In this document: positions 51,641 through 64,000 of the stretch, piece after piece
Position numbering within the stretch: the stretch's first letter is position 1
Layout: every line of letters starts with the position of its first letter
Assembly: GCF_006345805.1 (NCBI RefSeq)
Contig: NC_043004.1
Location: forward strand, 35,526,001-35,590,000
Direction of reading: 5' to 3'
Source of the DNA: Octopus sinensis
Taxonomy: Eukaryota
Length of the DNA: 64,000 bases
Program-made: the position numbers and the translations under genes
The notes under the pieces: model-generated
Told to the model about the DNA's origin: nothing
Seen by the model: the letters and a program-made list of their open reading frames with translations, nothing else
The model's database searches: none

Positions 51641-51747
51641 CCAATGATATACCATGATGATGATATACCAATGGGGACAAATCACCATAGCAGAACAATA
51701 ATAAATTCAGTCAGTGTCATGGGTGATGACACAAGATATATATATAC

Positions 51748-52175
51748 AGATGTGTATGGTAAGAAGTTTGTTTCCCAACCAAAATGTTCTGGGTTCAATC
51801 CCACAGCGTGACACCTTGGACAAGTGTCTTCCACTGTAGCTCCAGACTCACCAAAGCATTGCGAGGGGATTTCATAGACAGAAACTGAAAGAAGACTATC
51901 TTATATGTGTTTGTATGTGTATGTGTGTGCATGTGTGTGTATGTATGCATGAGCTTGTGTGTGTGTCTCAATGCCTGTGTTTGTCCTCTACCATCACTTG
52001 GCAACCAGTGTCGATGTGTTTACATCCTTGTAACTAAGTGGTTCAGCAAAAAGGGACTGATAGTATTAGCACCAGGTTTGAAAACAACCAATACTGAGGT
52101 CGATTCATTCAACTAAAATTTCCAAAGAGAGTGCTCCAGCATGGCCACATTTGAATGACTAAAGATAAAAATAAA
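51748..52175 (+). mobile_element. SINE family A, full length
   Basis: Head, (TG)n and tail all present. Confidence 0.85.
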
Positions 52176-52238
52176 GGATAGATATATCTTCTATCCTTTA
52201 TTCCCTTGAGGAATTTTAGTTGAATAAATCGACCTCAG

Positions 52239-52279
<41 letters not shown>

Positions 52280-52286
<7 letters not shown>

Positions 52287-52490
52287 AAGTTAATCCAAAC
52301 AAGAAAACACAAAAAAAACACAACGCGAGGACGTGGAACAAATATAGTATTATTGGACGCTCAGGAAAGAAGGTAAGAAGGAGGGTTTAACGTTTCGAGC
52401 GGAGCTCTTCGTCGGAAACATAGGAGAAGGAAAGATCCAGAGAAGGGAAGACAGAGGAAAAAAAAAATCGCCAACGGTACACCATATACC
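52280..52490 (-). mobile_element. Hammerhead-like mini-element copy (best preserved)
   Basis: Reverse complement GTTT-CCGACGA-A-GAGC-TCC-GCTC-GAAA-CGTT-AAAC at 52419-52385, then TCCTGAGCGT; flanked by (TA)n. Confidence 0.75.
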
Positions 52491-52509
52491 ATATATATAT
52501 ATATATATG

Positions 52510-52680
52510 TATATATGGTATTAGGAAAAGCATCCAGCCGTAGAAACCAAGCGAAAGCCAGACTGGATCCTGGTGCAACTCTCTGGCTTGCAAGTTCCAG
52601 TCAAACCATCTAACCCATGCCAGCATGGAAAGCAGACGTTAAATGATAATGATGAGGATGTTGATCATGATGATGATGAT
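52510..52680 (+). mobile_element. RTE-type 3' tail copy
   Basis: GCATCCAGCCGTAGAAACC..CATGCCAGCATGGAAAGCAGACGTTAAATGAT(GAT)n. Confidence 0.8.
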
Positions 52681-53126
52681 CATGATATATATAGTTATTT
52701 TTTCAAAGGAGCAGATGTATTGGAGTTTCAGTTATTTAAAAGTGGGTATAAAGTTATGGATTGCAAGGGACATGATTCCAGTCCTCTGGATGACCCAGTA
52801 ACCTCTTGTAGGTGTTTGTATTTGATTTGACCCTTACCTCAATAAAATTGTAGTCATTCACATGTCTCACACATCAAATGAGAAAAACAGCAATATACAC
52901 ACATATACATAGATTGTACATACATTGCTGCAATAAAACAACATAAAGTCTGAGAGAGAATAGCCAAGGATATAATCTGCACGGAAAATAAGTTATGGAG
53001 TAAGCACTAACCCTTAGTTTAACACCACATGTGGAATTCAATCCATGAGTGTATGTATGTGTGTATGTATAAATGTATGTATGTATGTATGCATGCATGT
53101 ATGTATATATATATATATATATATGA

Positions 53127-53360
53127 ATGAGGCGGCGAGCTAGCAGACATGTTAGTGTGCCGGGCGAAATGCTTAGCGGTATTCCGTCTGTCGTTATGTT
53201 CTGAGTTCAAATTCCACCGAGCTCGACTTTGCCGTTCATCCTTTTGGGGTCGATAAATAAAGTACCAGTTTCGCACTGGGATCGATGTAATCGACTTAAT
53301 CCCTTTGTCTGTCCTTGTTTGCCCCTTCTATGTTTAGTCCCTTGTGTGCAATAAAGAAAT
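53127..53360 (+). mobile_element. SINE family B, full length
   Basis: GAGGCGGCGAGCTAGCAG head, GAGTTCAAATTCC B-box, GGGGTCGATAAATAAAGTACCAGT block. Confidence 0.9.
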
Positions 53361-53599
53361 ATATATGTATGAATGAATGTGTGTATGCATGCATGCATGT
53401 ATGTATGCATGTATGTTTATATGTATGTATATATGTAAGTGTGCAATAAATCCACTGGGAGTGAGGGATGCTTAGCTGTCATCACAGCATCCTTCTATGA
53501 GAATGACATTCTGATGTGAAATCTTTGGTTTCACAGGATTACTGGTCTTCTCACTTTGATCTCTGTCACTAGGGACTGATCTCTAAACCTCAGAGAGTG

Positions 53600-53830
53600 G
53601 AATTCATTTTATACAAGCATATATTACAATAACCCAATGATGAACAGATGTCTCTTTTTGGTGACCTCTGCCAATGGAAGAGTGGTCGCATGTGTGCAGA
53701 CCTAACTAGTTGGAAGCACACAGTAAGTTACAACTTCCATCCATCACTTATGCTTCGAACTATGCAAATCTGTAGCAGGAGTGAATAGCCATCTGAGAGG
53801 TCATGGACGGAAAGTCTGAAATGCCATTGA
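53600..53830 (+). mobile_element. LINE ORF2 C-terminal zinc-finger-like remnant
   Basis: CFELCKSVAGVNSHLRGHGRK* resembles the 'C..CKS.AGLKSH.R.H' ends of some RTE-group LINEs. Confidence 0.45.
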
Positions 53831-54319
53831 CAATGAGTTAGAACAGGGAAACAGCAATCATCTGTGAAGATGGAGCAATCACCAGGTATACATAGACTGT
53901 CTTTAGTATAGCTTAGATCAATAAGTCCAGGTGGGTGGAATAAGTTTGTAATTCTATGAAACAAAACAACAAATCATGGAAAGAATCTGCTCCATTATAG
54001 ACATGTTGTTTACTTAGCAGAAAAGAAGAATTTAATTACACCAACAAAAACTGATAGAAAGAAGAAGAGAAGTGTTATAATTAATAGAGCCTAAACAAAG
54101 ATGGATAAATACTGTTTTATTTGTATTACTTTATAGTGATAAAAAAAAATTAATATTGATGCATCTAAACTTACAACCTCTCCCAATTTATTAGGAACAG
54201 AATGAAAACTTTAATAAAAATATATCTAAACTTATAACCTGTTTCAATTTATTAGGAACAGAATGTAAAATTTGTTTAATATTGAAGGCAAGAATAAAAA
54301 TCTATATTTCCAGTCTTAA

Positions 54320-54660
54320 TTTTGTTTCGTGATAGGAAGGATTATTTCTTTCATAATATAACTATATATTCTAATGAAGTGATTTTTATAACAATGCTTT
54401 ACACCAAGAACTTGTCAATTATAAGATGTTTAAAGAACATTGCTGGAGAGATGAGGTTTCAAATTCTATTGGTACCATTGTCCACAGATAAAATGGAACT
54501 GAAAAAAATCCTATCAATATCAACACAATACATTGCTGATTGAAGACGAGGATTTCAATAGGAAGAACCCTATATACAGACAAATAGGGTCCAGTTACAA
54601 AAGATCAGACAGAAAAATTTATGGAAATGAGAAGTTGGGATGAGGTGGTGAGGATGGTGT
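54320..54660 (+). mobile_element. Possible LINE AP-endonuclease remnant
   Basis: LLIEDEDFNRKNPI..GSSYKRS resembles the 'LILGDFNAKH..WG' motif; weak. Confidence 0.3.
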
Positions 54661-56699
54661 CAGATGAGAAGTAGAGAGAATGTAGCATCTTCTGATACAG
54701 TTATTCCTTTGTTGAGATTATCATGATTGCTTGGTGGCAGACTGCATAAATTATTTAATGGAATTTTGCAGGAATTTGCTGTAACAGCAACATGCACGTT
54801 ACACATGTTTGGTAGTTCATCTTTATTGAACTTCAAAATCACTTCAATTATAATATTCAGTACAACCAGCTTCAGTTTTGAGAATCTAGTAATGTTATAT
54901 TTGCTTTGAATTATCTTCTGCAAATGTTAATGAATTGAATTTCATGCAACATGTCCTTGAATAATTTTATTTCAATTGTTGGTGTAATTTTATAAAAATT
55001 ATTTTGAAATACAACAAAGTCCAATGATTTTCTAGTGCTGCTGTCATTTCTTTAATAAAAAAAAATAGTCTATTCACTTTATTATTTTTCTCAATGAATG
55101 CTTTGAAGATGAAGTCCTTATTTTACTGAAATCAATCTTTGCCATGAAAAGTTTGTTCTTAATTTCATTTTACCATTTTTTTTTTTTTTAGTGTTTACTG
55201 TAGAAAGATGAGAGAACATAAAAGAGAAGTGCTGATCTCCACTTCAAAGTCATTCAGATCATGAAGTAGAAGGCTTAGGGAACAGAGATACACATTAAAG
55301 AAGTTACAAAAGAGGGCAGCAGGTGTACTTGAGAATAATTTAGAGAAAAATGTCAAACAAGCAAATGTTTCTAGCTACCAAAAGAATCTGTTGACAAATT
55401 CTTTTGACATTCTGTTAAAAAAAATTGCTTTCTGGCTAAACTTTATTTGAAATTATCTTCAAGGTTAAACCAGTTTACACTCTAAAAGACTGTATCAACC
55501 AGGTGAAAATAAAGAGAATTATTTTTACACAAAGAAACAATACACAACATCACAAATATAGTGAGTGGACAACAAAGATATTCTATCATGTTTATGGTTG
55601 GTGAAAATATTGAGAGTTCATATAAAGAAAGAAATATCTAATGGAAAACACAGATTTAAAATATATTAAATATTGTTCATATTTAAACTTGTTTTAGTGT
55701 CAAACACGCCAATGTCTAAATAACAAGATCATAAAGAGTTCTTTGTTCTTTTTACAGCTGTAAACTTTTCCATTCTTAACCTCAAGTGACCTTGCTATTA
55801 CCACCACAAAAATAATTTTGGTAAAAATTGTTTTGGAATTTGGCACAAGAATACACCTTTGTAGGGAATAAAAAATAGTCAATGCACCAACCATATATAT
55901 ATATATATAATCAGTACATACTTTATGGGTCCCAGAGGAATTAACTAAATATTGAAAGACATTTTATCCCAATAATAATAATAATAGTCACAATGTCTCT
56001 CATTATTTTGCTTTTTAAGAGATGGAGCAGTACACTCAAGCCAAATGCCTATCAACTCCAGAAAGATGAAAATTGACCCACATGTAATTTTAACAAAAAA
56101 AAAAACATGAAAGAATGTAACTAAATGCCACCTATCAGCAAGTAACTATAATAATTATTATTGTTAAGACTGACAAACACTTTATTGCAGGAATTGTGGT
56201 GTCGATAATTCTCTCATTTGTTAAATTCAAGTTTTATTTTATGTGCAACAAAAGGACTGAAGACCAAACTAAATATAACAAATGGTGTGTGTGACTTAGG
56301 AGATGAAAATGTTATAAAATAGTTTAGAAATAGATGTTACTCAAACAGATTTAGTTTAGTATTATGTACATCTAAATAAAATCTTATAATGATCACAGAA
56401 ATGAACCAGTTGAAACAATGTAAATCTATCGAATATTTCAACTCTGAAGACAAGATAAATACTTCAAATCATTGTTATATTATTTTGGCAAGTGTTTTGA
56501 AAAATTGTGAAGATTCTTAAAAATGTAAATACCAAATGGTTGAGATGTGGATCTCACAGAAAAGACTTGCCAATTTCCTATTTGAACATTGTAAAATAAC
56601 TTTTTGAAGTAAGAAAGAATTTCAAGATATTTTTTTAACCTTATGCATAGGAAAAATTCTTTCTTTTCATAAAACAATGGAATTAGAACATTTTTTAAA

Positions 56700-57470
56700 G
56701 AAATTTAGTTCTGAAAAGCTTAGTATAATATTTTTGGCAGAGTTTCAGATTATGCAACTTTTATTTTGCATTAAAAACAATAGTCTTTGGATTTTTATGC
56801 CTTAAACATCAGGGATTTAGAATAAAATTTTAAAGTTATTCAGTTAAATGTTTTCTTTTTAAAAACTTTTCCCCCACACTTTTGAGTAGAATACTCCAGT
56901 ACCTAATAATAAACAATATTAAATAAAAGTAAAAATTTTTGAGATTACATCTCAAGCAGCATGGTTGAAAATCCAGTTATGATTATTATCTCTGCTCTAG
57001 ACACCATTGGAAACATCTACAAAATGTAATTGTTGCTTTTGAACTATTTTTGCATAAAATTTTTCTCAATTTGGACTCCATGCTTACAACCACTGATACA
57101 CACCATCACATTTCTTGGGACAAATTTCATAAGCACTGAATTACTACTTCAGAACCAAAATTATTCAGTGACATAGAACAAGGTCAGGGGAACTTCACAT
57201 CACAAAGTCAAAGTCTATCTGAAAATACGAAAGACATTGTCAATTTAGATTTTTCTAGAAATGTGTTGTTTTGTATAGAAAGTGTCTTTTTCCACTTTCA
57301 GCCTCTCCAAATAATGACATCAAGATATCTCTGAGATTGTTGCAATGGTGCATTATGACTATGTACACACAGCTTGTCATTAGCAATAATGTGTTTCTCT
57401 TGTAAAAACTGTGCAACAGTGTTCACTGCTAAATTGTTCGATATTTCCATTCATGGAGGAACCATTTAGA
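56700..57470 (-). mobile_element. Probable Merlin (IS1016/ISXO2-like) transposase fossil
   Basis: VAQFLQEKHII..KLC..IIWRG*KWKKTLSIQNNTFLEKSKL, then ISGCKHGVQIEKNF (cf. IGG.G..VEIDES), in the expected order. Confidence 0.6.
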
Positions 57471-58898
57471 ATTGTCACAGACAGATTATAAGAAAGTGAA
57501 AGAGTACAATACCAAGCCTTTCACAACTCCTGTTACTTTCATTATAGAAAGTGAAACAGAACGATGCTACACTTTCAATACTGAATACACATTCTCCTTA
57601 TTTGGTTTTGGTATTTTGCTCTGTAGAATATTCTTGTTGAAAGTTGATTACTGATGTTTTCATTATCCAATACAAATTACTTTATTTGGCTTGGTTATTT
57701 CACTTGCAAGTGTTGAAAAAGTGAAATCTGTAGATTCTGAATGTATGTATAAGCAAAAAGTTATAGGACTGAGTTGTTGTACATGATCCAACCAATCTCC
57801 ACTATATTCTTTCTCATTTTACTTCATTTGGTAGAAACGAGAGGGACAATCTCATGCTAAGTTATACTTGGTGTGTTTAGTGATAGAGTTTGTGCACTGA
57901 GTTGTATTTTGTGTTCGGTTTCTCCAATGCTAAATAGCTCTGATACCGTGAGGGATGTTTTCAGTTACGTATTAACTAAACAGATGATATTTATAATATT
58001 CTTCTGCTTATGTACCTATGTATGTAATGTTATAAAATGGTCAGTTTAAGACAGAGGCAAAGAAGGAGAGAAGAGTGCTTAGCAAAGGAGAATAGGTTAG
58101 TTGGTAAAGGTAGAAAAGAGGGCAGTGTTTTCTGATATGCAATAAAAATGTTATTTAAAAGGAGAGGTAAAAAGCAAGAGAGAGAGAATGTTTCCCAGAA
58201 GGAAATGCAGTTGTGATGAAAGATAGAAGAAAGGAACAATGTCATCATATTAAGCAATGATTAGTTAAGGGGGTGGGGGAAGAGACATGGAAAGAGAGAT
58301 GAGTGTCAACTGCAAAAAGTGTGGCCGCAGTGAGAAGTTAAATAAAAAAGAACCCTATTTATATACATACAATCACACACACGATATGCTGAGAATTGTA
58401 GTAGCTGTTAAAGCAATGGTGGTAGATATATTGGTTAATGAATGTGAGGTGGCGATGGTTGTAAGATGGAGATAGCAAAAATGGAATTCTTTTCTTTTTT
58501 TATTATTGAATATTTTTTCAGTCATCAAACAATTAAAGCATGTATGCTTGTGCTAATAATTATCATGTGCTAAGCTAAACTTTCATATTTGTTTCTGTAC
58601 ATTATTCTGCTGCTGTCGTCTGTGTTATGTAAAGCTCCCTCTGACTATGGAAAGAAATCAATAACATAAAAGTTATATTATTCATACGACTAATGAACTA
58701 GGAAAGAAAATCAAGCACATAATCTATAAGAGATACACCGTTTATATTGTTTATAAGGTAATTGACTGATGTATAAATATTTTCAAACCAAATATGGTAT
58801 GTGTGTTTATGTATTTATGTATGTGTGTGTGTATATACATATATATGTACATATATACATAAAAGCATATATGTATGTATGGCTGGATGGATGTCTAT

Positions 58899-59480
58899 GG
58901 ACAATAAACTTTGCTTGTGAAGACCTATTGAGGCAAGTGAAATCAAAATTGCTGACATGGCCAATGACAGTACCACCTGATTGGTACTCATGCCACTGGA
59001 ACATTAAAAGCACATCCGAATGTGGGGTATGAGAGATCAACTTATGAGTACCCCTCATTCATTGGACAATGAACTTTGCTTGTGAAGACCTACTGAGGCA
59101 AGTGTAAACAAATCAAAATCGCTGACATGGCCGATGAAAGTACCGCCTGATAGGCACTCGTGCCAGTAGAAGGTTAAAGGCACATCTGAGCATGACCGTT
59201 GTCAGGGCCATGGATTGGCTCCCATGCCAGTGACATGTGAAAAGCCCCATTCGAGCATGATCATTACCAGCATTGCTGGTAGCACGTGGAAAACAACATT
59301 TGAGTGTGGTTGTTGCCAGTGCCGCCGGACTGGTCTGTGTGGGTAGCACATAAAAACACCTTTTGAACATGATCGTCGCAAGAACCGCTTGACTGGCCCT
59401 CATTCTGGTGGCATGTAAAAGCACCCACTATATTCTTGGAGTGGTTGGCATTAGGAAGGGCATCAAGCTGTAGAAACTCA
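58899..59480 (+). mobile_element. RTE-type 3' UTR with duplicated start, truncated within the tail
   Basis: GGACAAT.AACTTTGCTTGTGAAGACCTA occurs at ~58899 and ~59064; VNTR units; stops after GTAGAAACTC. Confidence 0.8.
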
Positions 59481-59481
59481 T

Positions 59482-59875
59482 GGCAGGTCCTCTGCTCATT
59501 GTCTTTCAGGGACGTTCTTCGACTTTTGAAGTGTCCATGCCACTCAAAATATTGCGTACGACCCATAGCCCCCACCCCCTGCCATAAGCTTGCCGAAGCA
59601 TACTCAATGTCCCTGTAGCAGACTTCACAAGTTTAATGCAAAATTTCACATTGATTCTTTGTTCCAACTTCCTGTCCATGAGAATATTGCAGACTACAGC
59701 ATACAAGTGATCCCAAAAATATAAACTTCATGACTTCTGAAGTAAACACAGCCGTGTTACTTGACACACTGCTTCATGAAGGCTACTGCTAGCTCTCACT
59801 GCACACAACCATTTGCTGCCATCTGTTGGTGTACTACATGCAGATCTAGTCTGGGAACTTTTTTATACCTCCTTG
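59482..59875 (-). mobile_element. 5' half of a mariner element
   Basis: TA|CAAGGAGGTATAAAAAAGTTCCCAGACT TIR; MDRKLEQRINVKFCIKLVKSATGTLSMLRQAYG and FEWHGHFKSRRTSLKDNE. Confidence 0.88.
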
Positions 59876-59919
59876 TATAATCTTCTATACAGGTGACTCA
59901 TACATACAGTTTTGTGTCT

Positions 59920-60320
59920 ACAATGCTGGTGTCATGTAACCGGCACGTTAAAAGGCACCATTTGAGTGTTGGACCTCACGGAGGCAAGGTGGCCAATCTT
60001 GGTGGCGTATAAGAAGCACCTTTCGAGTGTGTTGGGCCTCAGAGAGGCAATAACCAAGACTTTGGCATTATGCTGTGCTTGAGAAAAAGACCAAGTGAAA
60101 TTGTAGTTGTGGCAGATACTGGCGTCATGCAAATGGCACCCATGCTGATGGCACATAAAAAGCACTCAGAGTAGTTGGCATTTGGAAGGGTATCCAGCCA
60201 CATAGAAACCATGCCAAATCAGACTGGAGTCTGGTACAACCTTCTAGCTTGCCAGACCTGGTCTAACTGCCTAACCCAAGCCAGCATGGACAATGGACAT
60301 TAAATGAGGATGATGATGAT
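59920..60320 (+). mobile_element. RTE-type 3' UTR/tail copy
   Basis: VNTR-like units, tail and (GAT)n. Confidence 0.78.
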
Positions 60321-61189
60321 AAGATTCTGTCTAAGGTGCATGTACCAAATGAAAGTTATAGCAGAAGATACTTGCTCAAGGTTCCAGTGAAATTGGACTC
60401 AGGACTACTTTTTAAATATACAACCACACATCTGAACCTATATTACTGATACAATTCTTTTATAATCCACAACTCAGTAGGGTAGCAATTACACTTTGTT
60501 CACTGAACTACTGTATAATCTACTAGTATAATCTTTTCTGTAATATGAGGATGTAAGATTTGTGAAAGCTTTACCAATCTAAGCATACATTGTAATATAG
60601 ATTATGTCCTCTATTTTGCTCCATACTTAAGATTGCTTACTTCTTGATGTAAAGTGAAAAGATAATAGATAACAGCTCCCCATACAGGAGACACACAGTT
60701 TTCAAAGATGCCCCTTTCAAATACTGCACCTTCAATACATTGTGAACTTTTACACCAGCACAAGAATTAAACATTCCAGGAAAAATATAATTTCAAAAGG
60801 AATTATATATTTCATGGCTTTTTATAAACTTCCACTAATCTCAAAGTTTTCAAAATAACATGTTATTTTTATGGATACGATTAGTAATATAAGAATCTCT
60901 TTCAAATTACAGTTTACCGACTTCAACCAAAAGGGGAAGAAGGGCACCCTGGATGTTTATATGCTAAAAGACAGAGTTTTCATGATTGGCAAAGCTTTGA
61001 TCATAAATCTGCTCCATCAGTGCTAGTATGAAGTCAAGCAACAATATGAGAATTTAATAATAACAGCAAATACAGAGTGATCAGGTAAATGCATATTAAA
61101 AGCAAAGACGATCCTAAGAAGACAGAGAATACACAACTATGGAGATCTGCTTTGATGTGCACCGAAACATTATCAACCATTTCTTACAG

Positions 61190-61239
61190 AGGCAGAAGCC
61201 TAAGTTATAATCATGGAGAGGGGAAGATGTATTAACAAG
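61190..61239 (+). other. Candidate 50-nt exon (could carry ATG: MERGRCINK)
   Basis: CATTTCTTACAG acceptor and AAG|GTGAGC donor; no homology recognised. Confidence 0.25.
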
Positions 61240-61638
61240 GTGAGCACGCTCACTGTGAGTGCTTTCCTGCGGTGAATGATGTTTTTAGCTTACTTTTACT
61301 TCGAATTACTATTAAATAAAATTAAACTGAAACTAAAAATTGCTAAAAAAATCACCACCAAATAGACAAAATGTTTGATAAATAATAATGTTCATACAAG
61401 CAACAAATTATAATTCATTCCATTTTGGTAACTAGTTTCATACTTTGATCAAATTTAAAACTATGCAATACATATTTATATCAATTTTAAATGCCAATCA
61501 ATAAATTAAAAGCTTTATCAATCGGTTTTTTTTTTGTCTTTCTTTTCCTAATTTTCCATTGAAAAATCAATGAAATATGTGGGTTGTAGTTCATCTGTTT
61601 TAACTTGTATTTGTACTGCATCTCCCCTTTTCCAATAG

Positions 61639-61663
61639 GATGCTAGGTGTCATTGATAGGTGG
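61639..61663 (+). other. Candidate 25-nt exon
   Basis: CATCTCCCCTTTTCCAATAG acceptor and TGG|GTGAGT donor; one open frame (MLGVIDRW). Confidence 0.25.
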
Positions 61664-62289
61664 GTGAGTAATGTTGCTGATGTGATCAATATTAATGAAT
61701 ATATGGGTTGGTTTCAACACATTCTTCTTGATCAAGGTTGATTGAATTTGTAGCAACTAAAGGATAAATAGTGGGATCAGAGAAAGAGCCACATCAATGC
61801 TGCACATGTCACTTGTACCATGAACAATGAATGTATTTCTCTGTCAATATCAACAAAGTGTTCCACAACAAATGTCAAATTTACACTTTAAGATGATGTG
61901 TATTCTGCCCAAGAGCCACAGCTCAGCTATAACAGCATAAATAATATTCTGCTTCATGGAGATATTGCCATGAATTCGAGAAATAAATAAAGCTAGCACA
62001 AACTGAAAATGAAATAATCATTTAATAAATCAAAACACATTAATTCTAACATTTTTATATTCCTGTCTACAAAATTATGAACAAAGTCCCTCAAACACAC
62101 AAGTTTCAAATACAAGCAACCTCTGTATAGACATTTTATATAAATTTTTGACTTTCACTCTTGGAATGACTGTAAAGTCCTGTTGAAGTAATATATTGAC
62201 TTTGATTACAAAATAATTTTAGGTTAAAAAGGTTTCTGGCAATCTTTTGTTTCATGTGCCTAAAATGCAAGAACAACAAAGAGAAAAGA

Positions 62290-64000
62290 AAAGAACAGCA
62301 AAGCCATTTCGTATTTCCATACATTGGAGATGTTTCCAACACTGCTGTGAAAGAGAAGGAAATATCCAGAGATTGTTCAAAGCTTTGCTGATATCAAGGA
62401 TGATATCATTGCTCTGCTTAAATTCGGCCAAGGCAAGAATCCAATGGTGGATGAGAGGAGAATAGGTCACCAGTGAATCCAGTTTTATGGAAACTGTAGT
62501 GGAGGTCATTAAGGAGATAGCGATAGAGAAAGAGAGAGATTGTGGAGGACATTATTGTTAATAGTTGCCTGCATTATATCAGAAATATTAAAAGTGAGTG
62601 CGGCAGAATAATAGTTGGCAAGATAAGAGAGGCTATCTGTCTTTGAGATGGAACACACATGAGGGTGTCCAAAAATCAGGATAGCTCTCTGTGGAGAGAA
62701 CAGAATTGAAGAGTTTGGTGAGTATTGAAATAAACTGTGAGATGCAAGGTTTGAAGATAATTGAAGGGACACCATCAGGACTGGTGACTTCATTGATTTG
62801 AATTGCCTGAAAGTAGATACCCATTTAATGCGTACATAAGCAATTAGTGAACTTGGGTAAGTGGGAAAGGAATGGCATTTTGAGGATGTTTAAGAAGTGT
62901 GTGCTAAAGGGAGTTGGTTGGATAGTGGGCAGTGAATATTGGTGCTTCTTGTGCATGGGTGGTTCTTTGAGTTCCATCATTGTTGTGAAGTGGACAGAAT
63001 GAGGATTTGGCAAAGTGGTCGAAATCTTTTTAGCAAGGACCAAAATGATAGGTTTGTAGATTAGAAGGCAATATAGCTAGAGAGTTCAACAATGGATGAA
63101 CTCATATTTTTACTGCTCAGCTAATAACTTTGCAAATGTTACAATAGTGTGTAAATGCCACCCAGTGTTTGAGGGTAGGCAAGTTTTGCCAGGTGCTGTG
63201 GGCCCTGCATTTTACCTGAACTACTTCAGCACAACCATGAGTCAAGTGCTTGAAGGTTTTCAGGTGTTGGATTTTTGTTATATGCAGACTGTGGAGGGGG
63301 CCTACCTTGAAGGATAGAATCAGTCGTTCATCAAACGGTCCCTGATGGCACAAGTGTAAAAGATTTATGATACACCTGGTGTAATTGGCATAAAACTAGC
63401 AGAACTTCGACCAACTGGTTATCTTGAAATAATATAGGGTGCACGACACAGGGAGTGTTGTATGGTAGTTACGTTAGTGTTGAGTAGTTGCACTCAGGTT
63501 GTGATAGGTTCAGAGACAGTTATAGTTTGATAAAGTTAATGTTTGGTGAGAACAAGATCAAGGGTATTTGGATTACCCAAATAACCCTTGATGTGTGTTG
63601 GATATGAGCCAGGTCAATGAAGAACGTTAAGTATAGCAAGAGACTTGGCTTCTACGCTGGGAATACAAGTGTGCAATGAGTGAGAGACATGAGGAGAGGT
63701 GAAGTCACAGAGGATGAGGACTTCAGAGATTGGTGAAGTAAGATATGAGAGAGGAAATGGCTGGAGAGAGATGTCAGTCATGGAAATAGTGCCACAGGTA
63801 ACACAGATATATTTTGAGGAGTAAGAAGAGAAGGACGTTTGATCTAGAATAGTCGGAATTCATTACTGGTGATATCCAGGTGAGAAAGGTGAGTGACAGG
63901 GAGAATCTATATAAGCACAGGCATCATTCCTGTCTTCAAAAAAGGTCACAGAGCAGACTGTGGAAGCAACCGAAGAATATCTCTTCTATCAACAGCTGGA
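62290..64000 (-). mobile_element. Decayed LINE ORF2 (Jockey/CR1-like), runs off the window end
   Basis: DLVLTK (endonuclease), LAKKIS linker, TSPDGVPSIIFKPCISQFISILTKLFNSVLSTESYPDFW, IILDISKAL (RT motif). Confidence 0.85.

Noticed and set aside
54660-54923. 86-codon minus frame starting at a plausible acceptor (KIIQSKYN..LLLI*)
   Set aside because: No homology or partner exon; length is within chance expectation for the window

Overview
AT-rich, microsatellite-dense eukaryotic genomic DNA. The repeat families resemble those I recall from octopus, so a coleoid cephalopod is my inference. I recognise no host protein-coding gene, so the window looks intronic or intergenic. Most listed ORFs are artefacts of (TA)n/(CA)n/(CAT)n tracts or decayed transposon frames. 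The window is mainly a transposon graveyard. It holds tRNA-derived SINEs, 5'-truncated RTE LINEs with many dispersed copies of their VNTR-bearing 3' UTR/tail, other LINE fossils, two mariners and a complete DD37D (maT) element. It also holds a hAT (GTF2IRD2/SPIN-like) fossil, a non-autonomous Helitron, a probable Merlin fossil, a possible Polinton capsid fossil and a Penelope GIY-YIG end. The most interesting signal is a family of ~160-200 nt mini-elements, mostly bordered by (TA)n tracts. Each carries a minimal type I hammerhead-ribozyme-like core. There are four copies, two of them head-to-tail, plus a relic behind the Penelope ORF, which suggests a retrozyme-like, Penelope-dependent family. 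All assignments come from manual reading and translation; no searches were run and most boundaries are approximate.
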